This document shows, piece by piece, positions 15,001 to 30,225 of a stretch of DNA of 64,000 bases. The stretch lies in contig OZ024748.1 of the NCBI GenBank assembly GCA_964016885.1, forward strand, positions 27,962,001 to 28,026,000, given 5' to 3'. The stretch is from Eledone cirrhosa (Eukaryota). A model generated the notes under the pieces. That model did no database searches and had not been told where the DNA came from. It saw only the letters and a program-made list of their open reading frames with translations. Each line of letters begins with the position of its first letter. The stretch's first letter is position 1. The translations under genes and the position numbers were made by a program.

Positions 15001-18000
15001 TTGTATTGAGACAATGTTGTGAGATGTAGGTTATATTGTGGTGAGGTAATGTTATGAGATGTAGGTTATATTGTCAGGTAATGTTGTGAGATGTAGGTTA
15101 TATTGTGAGGTAATGTTGTGAGATGTAGGTTATATTGTGGTGAGGTAATGTTGTGAGATGTAGGTTATATTGTGGTGAGGTAATGTTGTGAGATGTAGGT
15201 TATATTGTGGAGTAATGTTGTGAGATGTAGGTTATATTGTAGTGAGACAATGTTGTGAGATGTAGGTTATATTGTGGTGAGGTAATGTTCTGAGATGTAG
15301 GTTATATTTTGGTGAGGTAACGTTGTGAGATGTAGGTTATATTGTGGTGAGGTAACGTTGTGAGATGTAGGTTATATTTTGGTGAGGTAACGTTGTGAGA
15401 TGTAGGTTATATTGTGGTGAGGTAATGTTATGAGATGTAGGTTATATTGTGATGTAATGTTGTGAGATGTAGGTTATATTGTGAGGTAATGTTGTGAGAT
15501 GTAGGTTATATTGTGGTGAGGTAATGTTGTCAGATGTAGGTTATATTGTGTTGAGGTAATGTTGTGAGATGTAGGTTGTATTGTAGTGAGATAAAGTTGT
15601 GAGGTGTATGTTATCAGATGTAGGTTATAAGTTGTGAGATGTAGGTTATATTGTGGTTAGGTAATGTTGTGAGATGTAGGTTATATTGTAGTGAAGTAAT
15701 GTTGTGGAGATGTAGGTTATATTGTGGTGTGGTAATATTGTGGTGAGGTAATGTTGTGAGATGTAGGTTATATTGTGAGTTAATGTTGTGAGATGTAGGT
15801 TATACTGTGGTGAGGTAATGTTGTGAGATGTAGGTTATATTGTGAGGTAATGTTGTGAGATGTAGGTTATATTGTGGTGAGGTAATGTTGTGAGATGTAG
15901 GTTATATTGTGGTGAGGTAATGTTGTGAGATGTAGGTTATATTTGGGTGAGCTAATGTTGTGAGATGTAGGTTCTATTGTGGTGAGGTAATGTTGTGAGA
16001 TGTAGGTTATATTGTGGTGAGGGAATGTGGTGAGATGTAGGTTATATTGTGGTGAGGTAATGTTGTGAGATGTAGATTATATTGTGGTGAGGTAACGTTG
16101 TGAGATGTAGGTTATATTGAGGGGTAATGTTGTGAGATGTAGGTTATATTGTAGTGAGACAATGTTGTGAGATGTAGGTTATATTGTGAGGTAATGTTCT
16201 GAGATGTAGGTTATATTTTGGTGAGGTAACGTTGTGAGATGTAGGTTATATTGTGGTGAGGTAACGTTGTGAGATGTAGGTTATATTTTGGTGAGATAAC
16301 GTTGTGAGATGTAGGTCATATTGTGGTGAGGTAATGTTATGAGATGTAGGTTATATTGTGAGGTAATGTTGTGAGATGTAGGTTATATTGTGAGGTAATG
16401 TTGTGAGATGTAGGTTATATTGTGGTGAGGTAATGTTGTCAGATGTAGGTTATATTGTGGTGAGGTAATGTTATGAGATGTAGGTTATATTGTGGTGAGG
16501 TAATGTTGGGAGATGTAGGTTGTATTGTAGTGAGATAAAGTTGTGAGGTGTATGTTATCAGATGTAGGTTATAAGTTGTGAGATGTAGGTTATATTTTGT
16601 TTAGATAATGTTGTGAGATGTAGGTTATATTGTAGTGAGGTAATGTTGTGAGATGTAGGTTATATTGTAGTGAGGTAATATTGTGGTGAGGTAATGTTGT
16701 GAGATGTAGGTTATATTGTGAGTTAATGTTGTGAGATGTAGGTTATACTGTGGTGAGGTAATGTTGTGAGATGTAGGTTATATTGTGCGGTAATGTTGTG
16801 AGATGTAGGTTATATTGTGGTGAGGTAATGTTGTGAGATGTAGGTTATATTGTGGTGAGGTAATGTTGTGAGATGTAGGTTATATTGTAGTGAGACAATG
16901 TTGTGAGATGTAGTTTATATTGTGGTGAGGTAATGTTGTGAGATGTAGGTTATATTGGGGTGAGGTAATGTTGTGAGATGTAGGTTCTATTGTGGTGAGG
17001 TAAAGTTGTGAGATGTAGGTTATATTGTGGTGAGGTAATTTGGTGAGATGTAGGTTATATTGTGGTGAGGTAATGTTGTGAGATGTAGGTTATATTGTGA
17101 GGTAATGTTGTGAGATGTAGGTTATATTGTGGTGAAGTAATTTTGTGAGATGTAGGTTATATTGTAGTGAGGTAATGTTGTGAGATGTAGGCTTTATTGT
17201 GGTGAGGTAATGTTGTGAGATGTAGGTTATATTGTGAGGTTATATTGTGAGATGTAGGTTATATTGTAGTGAGACAATGTTGTGAGACGTAGGTTATATT
17301 GTAGTGAGACAATGTTGTGAGATTTAGGTTATATTGTGGTGAGGTAATGTTGTGAGATGTAGGTTATATTGTGGTGAGGTAATGTTGTGAGATGTAGGTT
17401 ATATTTGGGTGAGCTAATGTTGTGAGATGTAGGTTCTATTGTGGTGAGGTAATGTTGTGAGATGTAGGTTATATTGTGGTGAGGGAATGTGGTGAGATGT
17501 AGGTTATATTGTGGTGAGGTAATGTTGTGAGATGTAGATTATATTGTGGTGAGGTAACGTTGTGAGATGTAGGTTATATTGAGGGGTAATGTTGTGAGAT
17601 GTAGGTTATATTGTAGTGAGACAATGTTGTGAGATGTAGGTTATATTGTGAGGTAATGTTCTGAGATGTAGGTTATATTTTGGTGAGGTAACGTTGTGAG
17701 ATGTAGGTTATATTGTGGTGAGGTAACGTTGTGAGATGTAGGTTATATTTTGGTGAGATAACGTTGTGAGATGTAGGTCATATTGTGGTGAGGTAATGTT
17801 ATGAGATGTAGGTTATATTGTGAGGTAATGTTGTGAGATGTAGGTTATATTGTGAGGTAATGTTGTGAGATGTAGGTTATATTGTGGTGAGGTAATGTTG
17901 TCAGATGTAGGTTATATTGTGGTGAGGTAATGTTATGAGATGTAGGTTATATTGTGGTGAGGTAATGTTGGGAGATGTAGGTTGTATTGTAGTGAGATAA

Positions 18001-20197
18001 AGTTGTGAGGTGTATGTTATCAGATGTAGGTTATAAGTTGTGAGATGTAGGTTATATTTTGTTTAGATAATGTTGTGAGATGTAGGTTATATTGTAGTGA
18101 GGTAATGTTGTGAGATGTAGGTTATATTGTAGTGAGGTAATATTGTGGTGAGGTAATGTTGTGAGATGTAGGTTATATTGTGAGTTAATGTTGTGAGATG
18201 TAGGTTATACTGTGGTGAGGTAATGTTGTGAGATGTAGGTTATATTGTGCGGTAATGTTGTGAGATGTAGGTTATATTGTGGTGAGGTAATGTTGTGAGA
18301 TGTAGGTTATATTGTGGTGAGGTAATGTTGTGAGATGTAGGTTATATTGTAGTGAGACAATGTTGTGAGATGTAGTTTATATTGTGGTGAGGTAATGTTG
18401 TGAGATGTAGGTTATATTGGGGTGAGGTAATGTTGTGAGATGTAGGTTCTATTGTGGTGAGGTAAAGTTGTGAGATGTAGGTTATATTGTGGTGAGGTAA
18501 TTTGGTGAGATGTAGGTTATATTGTGGTGAGGTAATGTTGTGAGATGTAGGTTATATTGTGAGGTAATGTTGTGAGATGTAGGTTATATTGTGGTGAAGT
18601 AATTTTGTGAGATGTAGGTTATATTGTAGTGAGGTAATGTTGTGAGATGTAGGCTTTATTGTGGTGAGGTAATGTTGTGAGATGTAGGTTATATTGTGAG
18701 GTTATATTGTGAGATGTAGGTTATATTGTAGTGAGACAATGTTGTGAGATGTAGGTTATATTGTGGTGAGGTAATGTTGTGAGATGTAGGTTATATTGTG
18801 AAGTAATGTTGGGAGATGTAGGTTATATTGTGGTGAGGTAATGTTGTGAGATGTAGATTATATTGTGGTGAGGTAATGTTGTGAGATGTAGGTTATATTG
18901 GGGTGAGGTAATGTTGTGAGATGTAGGTTCTATTGTGGTGAGGTAATGTTGTGAGGTAATATTGTGAGATGTAGGTTATATTGTAGTGAGACAATGTTGT
19001 GAGATGTAGGTTAGATTGAGGTGATGTAATGTTGTAAGATGTAGGTTATATTGTGGTGAGGCAATGTTGTGAGATGTAGGTTATATTGTGAGGTAATGTT
19101 GAGAGATGTAGGTTATATTGTGGTGAGGTAATATTGTGAGATGTAAGTTATATTGTGGTGACGTAATGTTGTGAGATGTAGGTTATATTATGGTGAGGTA
19201 ATGTTGTGAGATGTAGGTTATATTGTGGTGAGGTAATGTTGTGAGATGTAGGTTATATTGTAGTGAGACAATGTTGTGAGATGTAGGTTGTATTGTGGTG
19301 AGGTAATGTTGTGAGATGTAGGTTATATTGTGGTGGGGTAATTTTGTGAGATGTAGGTTATATTGTGGTGAGGTAATGTTGTGAGATGTGGGTTATATTG
19401 TGGTGAGGTAATGTTGTGAGATGTAGGTTATATTTTGGTGAGATAATGTTGTGATATGTAGGTTATATTGTCGTGAGCTAATGTTATGAGATGTAGGTTA
19501 TATTGTCAGGTAATGTTGTGAGATGTAGGTTATATCGTGAGGTAATGTTGTGAGATGTAGGTTATATTGTGGTGAGGTAATGTTGTGAGATGTAGGTTAT
19601 ATTGTAGTGAGACAATGTTGTGAGATGAAGGTTATATTGTGGTGAGGCAATGTTGTGAGATGTAGGTTATATTGGGGTGAGGTAATGGTGTGAGATGTGG
19701 GTTATATTGGGGTGAGGTAATGGTGTGAGATGTGGGTTATATTGTGAGGTAATGTTGTGAGATGTAGGTTAGATTGTGAGGTAATGTTGTGAGATGTAGG
19801 TTATATTGTGGTGAGGTAATGTTGTGAGATGTAGGTTATATTGGGGTGAGGTAATGTTGTGAGATGTAGGTTGTATTGTGAGGTAATGTTGTGAGATGTA
19901 GGTTAGATTGTGGTGAGGTAATGTTGTGAGATGTAGGTTATATGTGAGGTAATGTTGTGAGATGTAGGTTATATTGTGGTGAGGTAATGTTGTGAGATGT
20001 AGATTATATTGTGGTGAGATAATGTTGTGAGATGTAGGTTATATTGTGGTAATGTAATGTTGTGAGATGTAGGTTATATTGTGAGGTAATGTTGTGAGAT
20101 GTAGGTTATATTGTGGTGAGGTAATGTTGTGAGATGTAGGTTATATGTGAGGTAATGTTGTGAGATGTAGGTTATATTGTGGTGAAATTATGTTGTC
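1..20197. repeat. 35-bp tandem satellite array (consensus GTGAGATGTAGGTTATATTGTGGTGAGGTAATGTT), roughly 580 monomers, with 32-bp and other variant monomers; continues off the left edge
   Basis: Period 35 is directly visible (GTAATGTTGTGAGATG at 11, 46 ...). 32-bp variants lack GGT. The array decays at ~20185-20197. Confidence 0.98.
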
Positions 20198-20206
20198 AGG
20201 TTTATG

Positions 20207-21512
20207 CCAGCAACATCACCAGCAGCAGCAGTACCATAAACAGTTGCAGCATTGCCACCGCCACCACCACCATCCTCATCACCTCTATCACCCGTCATAA
20301 CCACTGCAACCACCAATCCACAACATTCACCACCACCACCGTGACTACCACCATCACTACCATCACCACCACCACCATCACTACCAACATCACCACCACT
20401 ACCATCATCATCACCATCACCACCACCGCCACCACCACCACCACCATCATCATCACCATCACCTCCACCGCCACCACCACCACCACTGTGGGCTGCAATT
20501 GGCGGTCATATCTTATCAGTCCCTGCAAATGAGCAATCATTGATGAGACAATGTGGCCCCTAGCCTTATCATTGGAAGCCCCCCCCCACACACACACACA
20601 CTCCGCCGACACTACTGGCTCAACTAGCACTCCGTCCCAGCCAACACCACCACTACCACCACTAACACCACTACCATCGCCACTACAACTACCACTAGTG
20701 CCACCATTGGCTTATGACAATGATGTTCACCACCACCATCACCACTACTCCCACCACCACACAACTACTACTATCACCACCACCACCACCACCACTATCA
20801 CCACACAACTACTACCACCACTGTGACCACCACTGTCACCACTATCACCACCACCACCATCCCAACTACTACCACCACCATCACCACTACTCCCACCACC
20901 ACACAACTACTACTATCACCACCACCACCACCACCATTATCACCACACAACTACTACCACCACTGTGACCACCACTATCACCACTATCACCACCACCACC
21001 ATCCCAACTACTACCACCACCATCACCACTACCCCCACACAAGTACTACCACCACAACTACTACCATCACTACTACCACCATTGTCACCACCACCACCAC
21101 CACCACCACCACCACCACCACCACACAATTACTACCATCACTGTCCCCACCATCACTATCACCACGCAACTACTACCACCACTACTACCACCATTGTCAC
21201 CACCACCACCACCACCACCCCACAATTACTACCATCACTGTCCCCACCATCACTATCACCACACAACTACTACCACCACTGTCACCACCACACCACCACT
21301 ACCACCATTGTCACCACCACCACCACCACCACCACCACCACCCCACAATTACTACCATCACTGTCCCCACCATCACTATCACCACACAACTACTACCACC
21401 ACTACTACCACCACTGTCACCACCACACCACCACTACCACCACTGTCACCACCACCACTACCACCACTACCACCACTACCACCACCACCACCACCACCTC
21501 CACAACAACAAC
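20207..21512. repeat. (CAC/ACC/ACT)n low-complexity tract with internal ~140-bp duplications
   Basis: Direct inspection; the poly-T/H/P ORFs here are translations of the tract. Confidence 0.92.
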
Positions 21513-21628
21513 GATATAATTATTATGTACAGTATGATAGAGGACATGGTGATTCTCCTTAAATATTAAATTGGATAAATGAAGATTGTAAACGTTTATA
21601 TTTTATATTTATTATATTATATTCGAGT

Positions 21629-22830
<1,202 letters not shown>

Positions 22831-22902
22831 GTAAACGCCCTCCTACCATCACGCATATCATTGCCGTTGACTGTTATATTTTTCTCTCTATGTGCAAAGA
22901 TA

Positions 22903-23065
22903 TTTCCTGCCCTGGTAGTATGGTGTGTCCTTGAGCAAGACCTTTTATTTCACGTTGATCCAGACCACACAATGGGGAGCAAAAATGAGTTGAACATATA
23001 ATTCAAAGGGTCACATTTGTACCACACTATGTCACGTTGAGAACTACATTAATGGTACACATGCT
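22903..23065 (+). mobile_element. Degraded SINE fragment with GTGTCCTTGAGCAAGAC core motif
   Basis: TGTGTCCTTGAGCAAGAC at ~22924-22941 resembles the conserved central block of many metazoan tRNA-derived SINEs. No intact A/B boxes seen. Confidence 0.45.
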
Positions 23066-23100
23066 TCTACTTCTATTTCATCCTCCTCCTATTCAAAAGA

Positions 23101-23300
23101 TGTTAAGTCCTCATCGTAAGAGACGCTGTGTATTCCATAATGACAAATCAGCATTCCCCACCATCGCTCCCTTACCTCTGACGAGGTCATCACCTCCATG
23201 TAACGATGCTTCTAGTTGGTTTCATATTCATTCATTTCATTAGCCTCTCGCAAATCTTTCCCAACACAATAAAGATTCTGAAACATGGCGTACCTTGGAC
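23101..23300 (+). mobile_element. Possible short LTR (TGTT...AACA, 23101-23285) followed by a PBS-like TGGCG
   Basis: Starts TGTTAAG, AATAAA at 23268-23273, ends GAAACA, immediately followed by TGGCGTACC. No second LTR or TSD seen. Confidence 0.35.
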
Positions 23301-23387
23301 AAACCTGGTGGACCCTATCCCTCTCGACGTTTGAACGAAGCCGAATTCTCGCAGAGAAAGAGAGAGCCAGAGAGAAAGTGTGCGCGC

Positions 23388-23441
<54 letters not shown>

Positions 23442-23574
23442 CAGACAAAGACAGAGATAAAGAGTGGGACAGAGAGAGATTTGTATAAAAAGATAAAGGA
23501 GGGGAAAGTGAAAAAAAGACAACGAAACAGATAAGAAAAGGGCTGAAAAAAGCCCTGAGAAAGAGTGGGGGTAA

Positions 23575-23655
23575 GAATCTACCCCAGTGATTGACTAATA
23601 TTGTTTTTATCGACCTGGAAATGTTGAAAGGCAAAGTTGAGCTGGTGGACATTGA
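23575..23655 (-). mobile_element. Highly degraded fragment of the tRNA-derived SINE family seen at 33843
   Basis: TTTTATCGACC...TGAAAGGCAAAGTTGA matches the family core in reverse orientation. Confidence 0.55.
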
Positions 23656-23796
23656 TGGATCGAATCATTCTAACTGATGTTCTTACAACTCCCTCAATTC
23701 GTCGCCTAATTCTTCTTTAACAAATCCAAATGAAGGTCGTCGTGGTAGATTTCCTCCATCGTAGAAGAGTTCTGTTTAGGCACCAGGTACCTCCTG

Positions 23797-24900
23797 CTCT
23801 TCTTCTTCTTCTTCTTCTTCTTCTTCTTCTTCTTCTCCACTCACTTTTTCCTGAGAGGGTTGTGTGGACAGAGTCCTCAAACACTCCTCCCACCGGGTTC
23901 AGAAGCAACCGTCTCCAACTGATCCGTCTGGATCCCGAGGCGAGACCAGCCAAGCTCATGGATGTTATCCAACCATCTTGCTCGGGGTCTACCCCTGGGT
24001 CTCCTGCCGTTTGATTTTGCCCGTAAAATCTGTCCAGCGATTCTTTCTTGAGACATTCTAACCACATGCCGTGGGCTCTCAATTAAGAGAAGTAGTGGCA
24101 CTACCTCGTGTGACTCTCAGATCTCTGAGCTACACACTCTATCAAGTAACGTTACTCCAAAGACCCTTCGGAGGAACCCCCTTTCGGCCGTTTGTTTTCG
24201 CGATCGAATTCTTTTGGTCATTACCCAAGATTCATGATCATAAGAAAGGATTGGCACGAATACCATATTGAAGATAGCGAGTTTGGTTTTTACACCTACC
24301 TCCCTTCTGCTGATTACTGACTGCTGAAGCTGGCGCATTACTGCATCAACTGCACCAGCTTTTGCAATACTTGCACTTAATTCAGCCTACTGCCTTCCAT
24401 CACTCGTGAACACTGCTCCGAGATACTTGAACTGCTCCACCTGCTTCAGTGGAACTCTATTCATATGTGGAGTGCACTGTGCAGACTTCCATAAGAGGAC
24501 GAGTGTCTCAGATTTTGCAGCACTGATTTTCATTCCAGCCATGCAGCACTCGGCATCAAACCTATCAAGTGCAAGTCGGAGATCACCTTCTGTCGAGTTA
24601 AGTAACACCTTATCGTCTGCAAACTCCAGCCGACTGATTTTACACCCTCCAGTCATGATACCACTTCCAACCTGGCTGCAAATGTCAATCCTGTTCATGT
24701 AAATAATGAACAGGAGAGGTGACAGTACGCACCCTTGGTGGATTCCGACTATATCTAGCCGCTAACATCTAGCCTCCTCCACTAGGTCCTGCTCCTTGCC
24801 TGTAGGGATTGTGATGTTCTGGGTTCCAATTGTCAAGGTTTGCTCCCATCCGGACCCTCTTACGCAATTTGTGTGCGTCTGGCCCACCACCAGTTTTTGC
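23797..24900 (-). mobile_element. Decayed RTE-clade (Expander/Rex3-like) non-LTR retrotransposon, internally deleted, with a (GAA)n tail
   Basis: Minus-strand peptides: APE N-terminus LTIGTQNITIPTGKEQDLVEEARC*RLDIVGI (24836-24742); RT VGIHQGCVLSPLLFIIYM...LEFADD...FKYLG; then VPILSYDHESW, GFLRRV and GRRPRGRPRARWLDNI. (CTT)n on + at 23797-23835 is the 3' tail. Stops and frameshifts are present, and the 5' boundary is approximate. Confidence 0.92.
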
Positions 24901-25010
24901 GGTATGAAATGGAGACTGCAATATATTTTTCAAACATAAGGCCTGAACGCTTCCCTTGTTAACTCGCGTGATGAACGATGCTGTGTGGTTCTTTTTTGTT
25001 CCTCTCACCA

Positions 25011-25307
25011 TGTTGCAATTGCAGTTTCGATGGTTTTATTCGCATTAGTCACCAATCTGGTACTTTATCAAACCTGCGAGTACCCGGCTTTTTAGAAGCA
25101 GCCTTTACTCGCCTCATCATAGCTACGTCACTGGGTTGTGAGAGTTTTCTTGGGAGCTACAAGTGTCACCTATTGCTCCATCTCCCCTAGTAGTATACCG
25201 CTGTTGGTCTGGTGTTGGTTATTCCGCCGGCAGTTGCCCGCTTATATCGCAACCATCGTATCTGGTGACCGTATCGCTATCTGCCACCTGCGACACGTTC
25301 TCTAACA
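25011..25307 (-). mobile_element. LTR-like segment (297 bp) followed by a PBS-like TGG
   Basis: Minus strand begins TGTTAG, has a TATAAG box (25246-25241) and AATAAA (25040-25035), ends GCAACA, and is followed directly by TGGTGAGAGG. No TSD. Confidence 0.5.
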
Positions 25308-26122
25308 GAACAGCTCAGCCAAGGACTATCCTATATACATTTTTTTGTCCTAAATACGTTGCGTCCAAAAAGGGGAAAATAACCCCCCAAAAATCCAAAG
25401 CAGAAAGAAAAACGAGATCGTCATGGATGGGATATCTGTTTGATCAGGGCGATCACTTGGTGCTAAACAACAACAACAATAACAACCAAAATATGTTCAG
25501 CTTATCAGTGTTAACCAGTAAGATGCAATTTTATGAAATGAAAAAAAATATAAATTTGATAATAATAAAATATGAAAATCTAAAATTAAATAACATTTAA
25601 ATATAATAGAATTATTCATTCTGTACTGAAACAGGTTAAATATTCAGTAAAAATTAATAAGAAAAAAAAAAAAAGTATTTAAAATAAATATAATAAAAAT
25701 ATCTAAACAAAGCAAAATACTTCAGGATCGATATTCAAACATTAACGAAATATGGGCAGGAATGATTTCCAATCGAATTGAATAAAACTAATGATTGAGG
25801 AGGAGAGGGAGGGAATAGGAAGAGCGAGATGGAATGGGGGAGAGAGAGAGGGGGAGAAGATGATAGGATATCTGACAATTGTGTAAATGTTAGGATATGT
25901 TCAAGTGTATATATATATATATATATATGTGTGTGTGCATGTGTGTGTGTGTGTGTCTGTGTGTGTGTGTGCGTGTGTGTGTGTGTACACATTAAAGAAG
26001 CAGAGGAAATGAGTAGAGGGACCGGACACACATGCACGGTTACTCTAACGCACACACACACACCCACACCCATATATATATATATATATCATAACATATG
26101 TATATATATATATATATGTAAA

Positions 26123-26163
<41 letters not shown>

Positions 26164-26634
26164 CACTGATGAAGGACTAATTTTATTCATATATATATAT
26201 ATATATATATAGTTATAGTTATATATATATATAGTTATAGTTATATAGTTATATATATATATAGTTATATATATATATAGTTATATAGTTATATATGTAT
26301 AGAGAGAGAGGGGGAGAGAGAAAGAGAGCGAGAGAGCTAAAGGTGTAATCCCGACCGCGGTGCCAACCGGTTTGGTTTGTGTGTTCAGCAAGCCTCCTCG
26401 CTATATATACATATTGTTGCCTGAATTTGTGGTTGTAATCACTAAAGAAAGACATTCCGAGTTCTTAGGTTGGTATCCATCAGTTTGGCATGTATTTTAT
26501 ATAAAATATATATCGTTATGTTATATAGAAATAGCTCCTACAGGACTAGGACTGTTTCATTCGTAAGAAATCCTTACGAATGGACATACCTTACGATTTC
26601 ATACGAATGAAACATTTGTAATCCAGTAGGAGTC

Positions 26635-27231
<597 letters not shown>

Positions 27232-27646
27232 ATATAACTGCTCTGTAGAACAACTGATGTTGTTACATTGAGCTATTTATCTTACTGGTAATAAGGTAGT
27301 AATAAATTACTGTCTTTCACTATTTAGGGTTTAAAATATATATAACTATAAAAGGTTTTAGTATATACATAACCATAAATAGTATCCTTAATACTATATA
27401 TATATATATATATATATATAAATGTATGTGCGTGTACGTATGTGTGTATGAATGTATATATGTAAGTACATAAGTTGTTCTATATTTACATCAATATGCA
27501 ATACCTTATTATATTACATATATATCCTGTACTATGTATGTATTTACATCGGCGTATAAACCTTATATATTTAGGCATATATTTCCATAAATACATTTAT
27601 GTTACAATTCTGTTGCCTATATACATATGCGGGTCAATATATGTAG

Positions 27647-27679
<33 letters not shown>

Positions 27680-27740
27680 CATAGACATACACACGTAACA
27701 GACACATTCAAACTCGCGCTCGCAAATATATATAAATATA

Positions 27741-27789
<49 letters not shown>

Positions 27790-28341
27790 GGGTGGGGTGG
27801 GGGTGCATAAATACTTTTACATACACTCATACATACATACATACGCACGCAAAAGATATACTCACACATACACACACGAGCGTGCACCCACACACACACA
27901 CACGCACACAAGTACACTACAATAAATATTACTGTCTACAGTTCGTCAATTCGTCACGATGAACAAAAGATTATGAAAAAAAAAAAGAGTCGATTGGACA
28001 ATAAGAACAACAACAACAACAACAACAAAAAGAGCAGCAACAACAACAACAACAACAAAAAGAGCAGCAACAACATCTAGAACAAAACCAACTAGAAGAG
28101 AAACAACTGCTACTATAAAAAAAAACAATAGCAGCAATATCGCGGATCCTGTTCGGGAAACGAAATGATTGGATGATGATGATTACTTGGGAAAGAGAGA
28201 GATAGAGAGGGGGGACGTGAGTGAGAGAGAGAGAGAGAATAGAGAGAATAGAGAGAGAGAGAGAATATAGAGAGAGAGAGTGTGTGTGCGAGACAAGAGG
28301 ACAAGAAGGTAAAAAATGAGACAGAGATGGATATATATATA

Positions 28342-28374
<33 letters not shown>

Positions 28375-28544
28375 ATGTGTGTATGTATGTATGTATGTAT
28401 GTATGCATGCATGTATGTATGCGTACAAGATGCTGAACAGACAATTTCTAGTTCAGTAAGACAATGGCGCCCTCTAACTGTAAGACAATAACTTCAAAGA
28501 GGGAAAGAAATAGATGAGTTGTTGCTGATGTCTATGGATGCGTG

Positions 28545-29198
<654 letters not shown>

Positions 29199-29548
29199 AT
29201 CACAAAATATTTTGCGGTATTTGTTCAGGCACTTTACAATTTCATTTCGGCTGTGACGTCAGTGGTGCCAAGCTATATTGGTTGGTGGACAACATCAATG
29301 ATAGGCGGTGGGGAGTCTGGCTCCATAGGACATTGGTGGTCTCACCATTGACCAGATGGTGGGTCAACCTTCACTGATGAGGAACGCCTTTGAGATACGT
29401 CACACTCACACTCTAACACACACGTACATATACATACATACACAATACCATGAACATACTAAGGAAAACCAAATACACACACACACACACACACACAGAT
29501 ATGTATATATATATATACATACATATATATTTTACATTATATATATAT

Positions 29549-29656
29549 AATTGTTTCTACTTTTGGCACAAGGCCAGCAAATACCCAGTACATTACTGGT
29601 ACTTTATTTTATCAACCCCGTAAGGATGAAAGGCAAAGTCAACCTCGGCGGGATTT
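29549..29656 (-). mobile_element. 5'-truncated tRNA-derived SINE
   Basis: Reverse complement of the 3' half of the copy at 33843-34030. Confidence 0.85.
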
Positions 29657-29676
29657 ATTTTATGTATATGTATAAG

Positions 29677-29748
<72 letters not shown>

Positions 29749-29772
29749 TATACATATATATACATAAAATAT

Positions 29773-30178
29773 TTTGGGAGGGTCATGCTGCCAATAAAAA
29801 CACACGCACCTGTTGTTTTTCACTTGAATTTGTTATAAGTTTCTGGTTGGTTGGTTGGTTCACATTCTGTGACCTCAGTGACTAGGTTTTTATTTTGTGT
29901 CTCTCCTTTGTTCTGTCCTACACCATCTTGTAGGACAGAACAAAGGAGAGACACAAAATAAAAACCTAGTCACTGAAAAGGTCACAGAATGTGTGACGAA
30001 AGAGCTTTGACAATATATAAACAACCTTCCGGTTATCGAACCATCCAACCAACCAACCGGAAATTTATAATAAATTGAAGTGAAAACCAACAGGTGCATG
30101 TGTTTTTATTGGCAGCATGACCCTCCCAAAGTATAACAATATATGTTTATCTGTTTCAACACACGTTTTCAGATAATA
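29773..30178 (+). mobile_element. Fold-back remnant of the 3' end (pLTR) of the Penelope-like family at 51562-53583
   Basis: 30019-30143 is closely similar to 53462-53584, and 30149-30177 is the reverse complement of ~51591-51619. 29773-29922 is an inverted copy closing a 6-nt loop. Confidence 0.85.
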
Positions 30179-30225
30179 TTCTATTATAAGTTGAGTCACC
30201 TTATGCCGCTTCATATGCAAATGAG

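Noticed and set aside
1-20197. CRISPR array or telomeric repeat interpretation of the 35-bp array
   Set aside because: No unique spacers or cas genes. No TTAGGG runs, and the G-rich strand points into the window rather than toward the left end.
23178-23200. CTGACGA-GGT-CATC-ACC hammerhead-like start
   Set aside because: Not followed by GAAA, and there is no stem I or III.
29374-29402. CTGATGAGGAACGCC... hammerhead-like start (also CTGATGAAGGAC at ~26166)
   Set aside because: GAAA and the stem I partner are missing or replaced by microsatellite, so the fold cannot be supported.
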